Assembly (NCBI GenBank): GCA_036383955.1 | Contig: DASVNH010000241.1 | Location: 24,261-88,260 of the forward strand | DNA length: 64,000 nt | Reading direction: 5' to 3' | Source: Planctomycetota bacterium | GTDB taxonomy: Bacteria; Planctomycetota; MHYJ01; JACPRB01 | Shown here: positions 26,447 through 33,951 of the stretch, in pieces | Position numbering within the stretch: position 1 is the stretch's first letter | Layout: every line of letters begins with the position of its first letter | Made by a program: the position numbers and the translations under genes | Notes under the pieces: model-generated | What the model was told of the DNA's origin: nothing | The model's database searches: none | What the model saw: the letters and a program-made list of their open reading frames with translations, nothing else

Positions 26447-27944
26447 GGTCTCATGGTACCATCGAAGCGTGGATCGCGCGGCGAACCTGGAGAGGCTCCG
26501 GCGGGAGCGCTTCGACGTCCTCGTCATCGGCGGCGGGATCACGGGGGCGGGCATCGCGCTCGACGCCGTGTCGCGCGGCCTGAAGACGGCGCTGGTCGAG
26601 CGCGGCGACTTCGCGTGCGGGACGTCGAGCCGCTCGTCCAAGCTCATCCACGGCGGCCTGCGCTACCTGAAGCAGCTGCAGTTCAAGGTGACCATCGAGG
26701 CTTCGCGGGAGAAAGCCCGGCTGAAGCGGCTCGCGCCGCACCTCGTCGAGGACCTCCCGTTCCTGCTGCCGTTCTGGACCCGGACCGCGCGGCCGCTCCT
26801 GGGCTCGGGCCTCTGGATCTACGACGCGGCGGCCGGCTTTCCGAAAGGGCTCGTCCACCGGCACCTCTCGGCGCGCGAGGCGCTCGAGACGCTCCCCTCG
26901 CTGCGCCCCGAGGGCCTCCGCGGCGCCTACCTCTACTACGACGCGCGCGCGGACGACTGCCGGCTCGTGATGCACGTGCTCCGCAAGGCGGCCGACCTCG
27001 GCGTCGTGGCGGCCAACGGCGTCGAGGTCGTCGGCTTCCTCAAGGACCGCGACCGCGTCGCCGGCGCGCGGACGCGGGACTTCGACATCGCCGCGGCCCG
27101 CGTCGTCAACGCGACCGGCGTCTGGTGCGACGACGTCCGCGGCGGGGAGCGCACCGTCCGGCCGTCGAAGGGCGTCCATCTCGTGGTGCCCATGAAACGG
27201 CTGCGGCTGACGTCCGCCGCCATGCTGCCCTCGCCGGCCGACGGCCGGATCGCCTTCCTCATCCCCTGGGGCGACCGGGCCATCGTCGGGACGACGGACA
27301 CGGACTACGCGGGATCTCTCGACCGCCCCCGCGCGGAGGCGGAGGATGTCGACTATCTCCTCGCCCTCGTCAACGCGAGCCTGCCTAGCGTCGGACTGAC
27401 GCGGCGCGACGTCCTGAGCACCTACGCCGGGCTGCGGCCGCTGCTGCGGGACGACGCCGAGGCCCCGTCGGCCCGGTCGCGGGAGCACCATCTCTTCGAG
27501 GACCCGTCGGGGCTGCTGACGATCACGGGGGGCAAACTGACGACCTACCGCCTGATGGCGCGGGAGGTCGTCGACCGCCTGACGCGGCGCAAGTGCCGGA
27601 CGCAGGAGATCGACCTCTACGCGACGGAGGGCCGGGACGCCCTGTCGCGCCGCTACGGCTCCGAGGCCGCGCGGATCGTCGACCGGACGCTGATCGTCGA
27701 CGGCCTGCCCTACGTCTGGGGCGAGGTGGACTACGCGATGGAGCGGGAGATGGCGCGGGGGCTCGTCGACGTCCTGTCGCGGCGGACGCGGCTGGCGCTC
27801 TTCGCGGAGGACCGGGGGCGTTCGGTGGCGGAGCCGGTGGCGCGCCGGATGGCCGCCCGCCTGGGCTGGGACGCGAAGGAGATCGGCCGGCAGCTCGAAG
27901 CATACGAGCTCGCCTTGGACGAAGAGTTCCCTCGACCGTATTAA
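26445..27944 (+). CDS. glpD: FAD-dependent glycerol-3-phosphate dehydrogenase
   Basis: FDVLVIGGGITGAGIALDAVSRGLKTALVERGDFACGTSSRSSKLIHGGLRYL. The start is uncertain: ATG 26445 overlaps the divergent start (CATG), and in-frame GTG 26469 is an alternative. Confidence 0.85.
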   Translation: MVSWYHRSVDRAANLERLRRERFDVLVIGGGITGAGIALDAVSRGLKTALVERGDFACGTSSRSSKLIHGGLRYLKQLQFKVTIEASREKARLKRLAPHLVEDLPFLLPFWTRTARPLLGSGLWIYDAAAGFPKGLVHRHLSAREALETLPSLRPEGLRGAYLYYDARADDCRLVMHVLRKAADLGVVAANGVEVVGFLKDRDRVAGARTRDFDIAAARVVNATGVWCDDVRGGERTVRPSKGVHLVVPMKRLRLTSAAMLPSPADGRIAFLIPWGDRAIVGTTDTDYAGSLDRPRAEAEDVDYLLALVNASLPSVGLTRRDVLSTYAGLRPLLRDDAEAPSARSREHHLFEDPSGLLTITGGKLTTYRLMAREVVDRLTRRKCRTQEIDLYATEGRDALSRRYGSEAARIVDRTLIVDGLPYVWGEVDYAMEREMARGLVDVLSRRTRLALFAEDRGRSVAEPVARRMAARLGWDAKEIGRQLEAYELALDEEFPRPY

Positions 27945-27948
27945 AGGC

Positions 27949-30900
27949 ATGAGAACGCTCCTCGTTTCGCTCCTTCTCCTCGTCCCCCAGGAAGCCGAGA
28001 AGTCCAAGGGCATGTTCAAGCTCGGGCCGGGGCTCTCGATCGAGCTCTTCTCCGCCGAGCCGCAGTTCGTCAATCCCGTCGCCTTCCACGCCGACGAACA
28101 GGGCCGCTTTTACGTCGTCGAGACGCACCGCCTGGGGAACGCGACCTTCGACATCCGCGGCCGCGGAGCCTGGGTGGACGACGACCTCGCCTGCCGCACG
28201 GTGGCCGACCGCGAGGCCATGCACCGCAAGCACATGGGCGCGAAGTACGACGCCCTGACCGCGTCGGAGCGGGTGCGGCTCGTCGAGGACACGGACGGCG
28301 ACGGCCGCGCGGACAAGGCGACGACCTTCGCCGAGAACTTCGGGACGCCGGCCGACGGCATCGCCTCCGGCGTGCTCGCGCGGAAGGGCGAGGTCTGGTT
28401 CGCGAACATTCCGAACCTGTGGAAGCTGAAGGACGTCGACGGCGACGGCAAGGCCGAGGTCCGCCAAGTCGTGCATACGGGCTACGGCGTGCGGCTCGCG
28501 TTCATCGGCCACGACCTGCACGGCCTGACGTTCGGGCCCGACGGGAAGCTGTACTTCTCCTGTGGCGACCGCGGGCTGCACGTGAAGCAGGGCGACCGGG
28601 TGATCTCGAATCCGGATTCGGGCGCGGTCCTGCGCTGCGATCCGGACGGCTCGAACCTCGAGGTCTACTGCACGGGCTTGCGCAATCCGCAGGAGCTCTG
28701 CTTCGACGACGTCGGCAACCTCTGGACCGGCGACAACAACTGCGACGCCGGCGACAAGGCGCGCTGGACCTATCTCATGGAAGGCGGCGACGTCGGCTGG
28801 CGCATCGGCTACCAGCAGGCGCCGGGCCGCGGGCCCTGGATGGCGGAGAAGCTCTGGGAGCTCGACGCCTGGAAGACCGCGCCGTCGCAGCTGCCGCCGA
28901 TCGCGCACGTCGGGCACGGGCCGTCGGGCCTCACGTTCAACCCCGGCGGCGCCGCGCTGCCGGCCGCCTACGACGGCCACTTCTTCATGTGCAACTTCCC
29001 GGGCAACGTCCTGACCTGGACGGTCCGGCCCAAGGGCGCGGGCTTCGAGGTCCAGAACCTCCGCGAGCTGATGTCCAACGTCTGGCCGACGGATGTCGAC
29101 TTCGCCCCCGACGGCGGCCTCTACGTGTCCGACTGGGTCGACGGCTGGGGCATGCCGGGCAAGGGGCGGCTCTGGCGCCTCTTCGATCCGGCGCGGGCGG
29201 AGGGGGCCAAGGGCGTGAAGCGGCTGCTGAACGAGGGCTTCGAGAAGCGGACGCCCGACGAGCTGTCCACGCTCCTCGGCCATCCGGACCGGCGCGTCCG
29301 GCAGGAAGCCCAGTTCGAGCTGGCGCGGCGCGGGACGTCCTCCGCGGCCGTCTTCGCGAAGGCGGCGGAGAATGGCCCGATCCACCGCCGGCTTCACGCG
29401 TTGTGGGGCGCGGGACAGGTCGGCGCCCTCGGCGTCGCGTTCGCGCATCTGAACGATCCCGAGGCCGAGGTGCGCGCGCAGGCGGCGCGGGTCGTCGGCG
29501 ACGGCCGGCACGGGCTGTCGATGCCGGGGCTGCTCGACCTCCTCAAGGATCCGAGTCTGAGGGTGCGCGGCTTCGCGGCGATGGCGCTCGGCAAGCTGGG
29601 GAAGGCGGAGGCCGTCGGGCCGATCCTCGCGATGCTCCGCGGCAACGAGGACGCCCACTTGCGCCACGCGGGCGTGATCGCGCTGGCGTGGATCGGGGAC
29701 GCCGCGGCCCTCGCGGCGCGCGCGAAGGATGAAGCGACGACGGTCCGGCTGGCCGCGCTGCTGGCCCTGCGCCGGATGGGACGGCCGGAGGTGGCCGCGT
29801 TCCTCGACGATCCGGAGCTGGCGCTGGAAGCGGCGCGCGCGATCAACGACGCGCCGGTGAACGCGGCGATGCCCGCGCTCGCGGCCCTGCTGGCGCGGCC
29901 GGGCCTGTCGGAGCGGATCCAGGTCCGGGCGATCAACGCGGCCTTCCGGACGGGGAAGGCGGCGGAGCTCGCGGCGTTCGCGGCGCGGGGGGATGTCGGG
30001 GAAGCCGCGCGGGCGGAGGCGCTCAAGGCCCTGGCGGACTGGGAGAAACCCTCGGGCCGGGACCGCGTGCTCCACGTGTGGCGGCCGCTGGAGCCGCGCG
30101 ATCCGGGTCCGGCGCGCGAGGTGATGGACGCGCGCCTCGGCGCGCTGCTGAGCGGGACGCCGGCAACCGTGCGGATCGAGGCGTTGAAGGCCGCGCTCGC
30201 GCTGGGCGCGAAGGACGTCGGCCGGGAAGCGTCCGCGCTGGCGCTGGACCGGAAGGCGCCGGGCGCGGCGCGGGCGGAGGCGCTGAAGGCGCTGGCCCGG
30301 CTGAAGGATCCCGCGCTGAACGCGGCGGTGGCGGCGGGGCTGTCGGATCCGGACGCCGGGGTCCGCAAGGAGGCCACGCGGCTGGCGGGCCAGGCGAAGA
30401 TCGCGAACGCGGCGGCGCTGCTGGACGAGTTGGTGACGAAGGACGGCCCGGTCGAGACGCGGCAGGCGGCGCTGGGGGCGCTCGCGGACCTGCCCGAGGG
30501 CGAGGCGATCCTCGCCCGCTACCTGGACCGGGCGGCGGCGGGGTCGTTCCCGGCGGCGCTGCGGCTCGACCTCCTGGACGCCGCGGCGAAGCGGCCCGGG
30601 CTGAAGAAGCTCGAGGCCGGGTGGGGCGACTGCCTGGAAGGCGGCGACGCGGACGCGGGGCGCCGGATCTTCTTCGAGCGCTCCGACGCCAACTGCGCGC
30701 GCTGCCACAAAGTGGGGGGGACGGGCGGGGAGGTCGGTCCGGCCCTGCCGACCCCGGCCACGAAGAAGAGCCGCGCGTACCTCCTGGAGTCCCTGACGAA
30801 GCCCAACGCGATCATCGCGGAGGGCTACGGCCAGACGCTCCTCCAGATGGAAAGCGGGGCCGTCGAAACCGGCCGGATCGAGAAGGAGTCGGACGTCGAC

Positions 30901-31059
30901 CTCGTCCTGATCCTGCCCGACGGCCAGCGCCGGACGCTGGCGAAGAAGGACGTGCGGGCGCGGAAGGCGGGCCTGTCGGCGATGCCCGAGGACGCGCTCA
31001 AGGCGCTCAGCCGGCGGGACGTCCGGGACCTGGTCGAATACCTGGCGGGATTGCCCTGA
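27949..31059 (+). CDS. PVC-type 'membrane-bound dehydrogenase' beta-propeller + HEAT repeats + cytochrome c haem-binding domain
   Basis: N-terminal LSIELFSAEPQFVNPVAFHADEQGRFYVVE. A propeller with DGDGKAD-type loops. A long HEAT/ARM-like region (VRQEA..VRAQAA..VRGFAA..VRLAAL..). C-terminal CARCHKVGGTGGEVGPAL. Confidence 0.85.
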   Translation: MRTLLVSLLLLVPQEAEKSKGMFKLGPGLSIELFSAEPQFVNPVAFHADEQGRFYVVETHRLGNATFDIRGRGAWVDDDLACRTVADREAMHRKHMGAKYDALTASERVRLVEDTDGDGRADKATTFAENFGTPADGIASGVLARKGEVWFANIPNLWKLKDVDGDGKAEVRQVVHTGYGVRLAFIGHDLHGLTFGPDGKLYFSCGDRGLHVKQGDRVISNPDSGAVLRCDPDGSNLEVYCTGLRNPQELCFDDVGNLWTGDNNCDAGDKARWTYLMEGGDVGWRIGYQQAPGRGPWMAEKLWELDAWKTAPSQLPPIAHVGHGPSGLTFNPGGAALPAAYDGHFFMCNFPGNVLTWTVRPKGAGFEVQNLRELMSNVWPTDVDFAPDGGLYVSDWVDGWGMPGKGRLWRLFDPARAEGAKGVKRLLNEGFEKRTPDELSTLLGHPDRRVRQEAQFELARRGTSSAAVFAKAAENGPIHRRLHALWGAGQVGALGVAFAHLNDPEAEVRAQAARVVGDGRHGLSMPGLLDLLKDPSLRVRGFAAMALGKLGKAEAVGPILAMLRGNEDAHLRHAGVIALAWIGDAAALAARAKDEATTVRLAALLALRRMGRPEVAAFLDDPELALEAARAINDAPVNAAMPALAALLARPGLSERIQVRAINAAFRTGKAAELAAFAARGDVGEAARAEALKALADWEKPSGRDRVLHVWRPLEPRDPGPAREVMDARLGALLSGTPATVRIEALKAALALGAKDVGREASALALDRKAPGAARAEALKALARLKDPALNAAVAAGLSDPDAGVRKEATRLAGQAKIANAAALLDELVTKDGPVETRQAALGALADLPEGEAILARYLDRAAAGSFPAALRLDLLDAAAKRPGLKKLEAGWGDCLEGGDADAGRRIFFERSDANCARCHKVGGTGGEVGPALPTPATKKSRAYLLESLTKPNAIIAEGYGQTLLQMESGAVETGRIEKESDVDLVLILPDGQRRTLAKKDVRARKAGLSAMPEDALKALSRRDVRDLVEYLAGLP

Positions 31060-31067
31060 GTTCACCC

Positions 31068-31096
31068 TTGAACGCACCCATGGGGTATGCTATACC
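31068..31096 (+). promoter_or_regulatory. Putative sigma70-like promoter placing the TSS at the start codon (leaderless)
   Basis: TTGAAC (31068..31073), 17 nt, TATACC (31091..31096), 6 nt, ATG 31103. No SD. A 7-bp hairpin GGGGTAT-GCT-ATACCCC (31082..31098) overlaps the -10 box. Confidence 0.35.
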
Positions 31097-31102
31097 CCTA
31101 GA

Positions 31103-32842
31103 ATGGCGCGCAAGGACGATCCTCGGATGGATCTGCTCCTGGGGCGTGTGGCCCTGGAGCGGGGCCTCATTTCCGAGGCCCAGCTGCGCGACGCCCTGTC
31201 GGAGCGCGCGCTCAGCGTCGCCCGGGGGCGCAAGGTGCCGCGGCCCATCGGCGCCATCCTCGCCGCCAAGAAGCAGCTGAGCGACGCCCAGGTCGTCGAG
31301 CTCACTCGCGAGATCGAGGGCCGGATCGAGAAAGAGGCGGAGGGCCGGCGGAAGGACGCCTTCCTCGGGCAGATCCTCATCGACGCCGACCTCGTCGCGC
31401 CCAAGCATGTCGAGGACTGCCTCTTCGACCAGGCCGAGCGCTGGAAGGAAGGGGAGACCCCGCTGCCGCGGCTCGGCGACCTCCTCGTCCTCAAGGGCTA
31501 CGCGACGCGCGAGGACGTCGCCCAGGCCCTCGCGCTCCAGAAGTCCATGGTCCAGGTCTGCGCGAAATGCCGGCGCGAATGCAGCCTGTCGGACGACGTC
31601 GACCGCTGCCCGGTCTGCGGCGGCGCGTTCAAGCCCCGCGCCGAGTCGGCCGTGATCCCGCCCAGACCGGTCGTCGCTCCCGCGGCTCCGGCGCCGGACG
31701 TCGCCACCCTCGGCCGCTACCAGCTCCGCGCCACGCTGGAAAAGAGCGACGCGGCGGTCCTGTATGATGCCCACGACGCCGAGCTCGACCGCCGCGTCTC
31801 CCTCCGGGTCCTCGAGCGGAACCGGCCGGAGGACGTCGAACGCGCCCGCGCCGCGGCCGCCCTCAAGCATCCGAACATCGCCGCCATCTACGACTCGGGG
31901 CTGCTCGACGGCCGGCCCTATGTGGCGGCGGAGCGCGTGGAGGGCCGCTCGCTGGGCGAGCTGAGGAAGTCGGGAGCCCTCAAGGCGCGGCAGGAGATCC
32001 GGGCGCTGCGGGACGTCGCCCTCGCGCTCGACCACGCCCACCAGCGGGGGCTGGTCCACCGCGACCTGAATCCGGAGAGCGTGCGTTTCGGCGCCCAGGA
32101 CCGCCCGCTGATCGTCGATCTCTGGGCGGGCGCGGCCGCGAGTCCCGCGCACATGAGCCCCGAGCGGGCGCGCGGCGACCGCGACCTCGGGCCGGCGGCG
32201 GACGTCTGGTCCCTCGGCGTCCTTCTCTACGAGGCGCTGGCGGGCGCGCCGCCCTTCCACGGCGACACGCCGGAGTCGACGCTCTCGAAGGTGATGTGCG
32301 AATCGCCGGCGCCGCCCTCGGCGGCCGCGCCGTCGAAGGCGGGCCGCGCCGTGTATCGCCCGCTGGAGACGCTGTGCCTGCGCGCGCTGGAAAAGAAGCC
32401 GTCCCGGCGTCCGGCCTCCGCGAAGGCCTTCGCGGACGAGCTTTCGGCCTGGCTCAAGGGCGAGGCCGAAGCGGCGCCGCGGCCGAAGCGGGTCGACCGC
32501 CGGCGTCGCTGGATCGCGATCGCGGCCGGCGCGCTGGTCGGCGTCGCGGGCCTGATCGCGGCCTTCGCGCTGGCGACGAGGGAGAGCCGGACGGACCGCA
32601 CGCTGCGGAAGGCGGCGGAGTACATGGCGGAGGGGCATCCCGACGCCGCCCTGCAGCTTTACGACCGGATCCTCGAGCGCGAGCCCGGGGAGCCGCGGGC
32701 CCTGACCGGGCGCGAAGCCGCCCGGGCGCGGATCGACGCGGACGAAGCGCGGGTGAAGCTCGAGGAGACCCAGGCCGAGCTCGAACGCGTGCGCCGGGAC
32801 GCGGACCGCCCCCGCCGTCCCGAGGCCCAGGCCCGCGACTGA
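31103..32842 (+). CDS. Ser/Thr-kinase-like protein (predicted pseudokinase or atypical kinase) with MshEN-like repeats, zinc ribbon, TM helix and C-terminal helical region
   Basis: Hanks-type fold markers are present: HPNIAAIYD, VHRDLNPESV, MSPER, DVWSLGVLLYEALAG.PPF. The G-loop, beta3 Lys, catalytic-loop Lys/Asn and DFG are substituted. CxxC..CxxC at aa 153-172. TM segment WIAIAAGALVGVAGLIAAFAL. Confidence 0.8.
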   Translation: MARKDDPRMDLLLGRVALERGLISEAQLRDALSERALSVARGRKVPRPIGAILAAKKQLSDAQVVELTREIEGRIEKEAEGRRKDAFLGQILIDADLVAPKHVEDCLFDQAERWKEGETPLPRLGDLLVLKGYATREDVAQALALQKSMVQVCAKCRRECSLSDDVDRCPVCGGAFKPRAESAVIPPRPVVAPAAPAPDVATLGRYQLRATLEKSDAAVLYDAHDAELDRRVSLRVLERNRPEDVERARAAAALKHPNIAAIYDSGLLDGRPYVAAERVEGRSLGELRKSGALKARQEIRALRDVALALDHAHQRGLVHRDLNPESVRFGAQDRPLIVDLWAGAAASPAHMSPERARGDRDLGPAADVWSLGVLLYEALAGAPPFHGDTPESTLSKVMCESPAPPSAAAPSKAGRAVYRPLETLCLRALEKKPSRRPASAKAFADELSAWLKGEAEAAPRPKRVDRRRRWIAIAAGALVGVAGLIAAFALATRESRTDRTLRKAAEYMAEGHPDAALQLYDRILEREPGEPRALTGREAARARIDADEARVKLEETQAELERVRRDADRPRRPEAQARD

Positions 32843-32857
32843 AAACCGGACCCGGAC

Positions 32858-32877
32858 CCGGAACCGACCTGTTCCGG
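32858..32877. terminator. Short hairpin between convergent genes
   Basis: CCGGAAC-CGACCT-GTTCCGG (32858..32877) sits between TGA 32840-32842 and the TAA (32880-32878) of the minus gene. It is preceded by tandem CCGGACC units. No U-tract. Confidence 0.3.
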
Positions 32878-33882
32878 TTATTGCGGGAGGACCGGGATGA
32901 CGGCCGCCCGCGGGTCCCGCTTGTCGCCCGTCAGCGCGTGGAGGAAGAGCTCGAGGTCCTTCTTCTCGGCCTCGTCGAGCTTGAAGGGCAGCATGAAGAT
33001 CGACATCTTCGGGTGCTTCTCTTTCTCGCCCACGACCTTCTCGTAATGGTCGATCACCTCGCGCAGGGTCTTGAGCGAGCCGTCGTGCATGTAGGGCGCC
33101 GTCAGCGCCGCGTTCCGGATCGTCGGCGTGCGGAAGGCGCCGGTCTCTTTCTCGTCCTTCGAGACGGCGACGCGGCCCTGGTCGTCGCCCGGCAGCCCGA
33201 TGTTGTGGTAGCGCTTGTCCATGAAGGCCGGGCCCGAGTGGCAGACGGCGCAGCGCGCCTTGCCGGTGAAGAGCTCGAAGCCCCGCTTCTGCGCGTCCGT
33301 CATCGCCTTGTCGTCGCCGCGCGCCCAGCGGTCGAAGGGGGAGTCGAGGTCCACCACCGTCCGCTCGAACGCGGCGATCGCCATCGCGATCCGGTCGAAC
33401 GTCACCTCGCCGCCGAAGACCTCGTTGAAGCGCTTCGCGTAGCCGGGGATCCCGGCGACGGTGGACGTCGCCTTCTCCGCCGACCCGCCCATCTCGGCCG
33501 CGCTCTGGATCGGACCCTTGGCCTGATCCTCGAGCGTCGCCGCCCGGCCGTCCCAGAACTGCGTCTCGTAGTACGCCGCGTTCAGGACCGAGGGCGACGA
33601 GCGGCCCAGCTTCGCGCCGTTGATGCCGACGCCCTTCGCCAGGCCGTCGGCCCAGCCGAGCGCGGGGTTGTGGCAGGTCGCGCAGGAGATCGTCCCGTTG
33701 CCCGAGAGCCGCGGATCGTAGTAGAGCATCCGCCCCAGCTCGACCTTCGCGTCGCTCATCGCGTTGTCCTTCGGCACGGGCGGCGCCGGCAGCGGCCCGA
33801 GGAAGGCGGGCAGGTCGCGGGACTCCTGCTTCTGCTGGGGGGCCGCCGCCAGCAGCAGCAGGGCGAGGGGGGCGAAGCGCAT
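32878..33882 (-). CDS. Di-haem cytochrome c peroxidase (CCP/MauG family)
   Basis: Signal peptide. Two haem motifs, CATCHNPALGWADG and CAVCHSGPAF. Also FRTPTIRN and APYMHDGS. GGAG SD 5 nt upstream of the ATG. Confidence 0.9.
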   Translation of the reverse strand: MRFAPLALLLLAAAPQQKQESRDLPAFLGPLPAPPVPKDNAMSDAKVELGRMLYYDPRLSGNGTISCATCHNPALGWADGLAKGVGINGAKLGRSSPSVLNAAYYETQFWDGRAATLEDQAKGPIQSAAEMGGSAEKATSTVAGIPGYAKRFNEVFGGEVTFDRIAMAIAAFERTVVDLDSPFDRWARGDDKAMTDAQKRGFELFTGKARCAVCHSGPAFMDKRYHNIGLPGDDQGRVAVSKDEKETGAFRTPTIRNAALTAPYMHDGSLKTLREVIDHYEKVVGEKEKHPKMSIFMLPFKLDEAEKKDLELFLHALTGDKRDPRAAVIPVLPQ

Positions 33883-33915
33883 GCTGTCTCCTTCGTTGGG
33901 TGGACCGACATCCTA

Positions 33916-33944
33916 TTCAACGCTCCGGCCGGACGGAATATAAT
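33916..33944 (+). promoter_or_regulatory. Putative sigma70-like promoter, leaderless arrangement
   Basis: TTCAAC (33916..33921), 17 nt, perfect TATAAT (33939..33944), 7 nt, ATG 33952. No SD in the 7 nt. Confidence 0.45.
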
Positions 33945-33951
33945 CCGCGCC

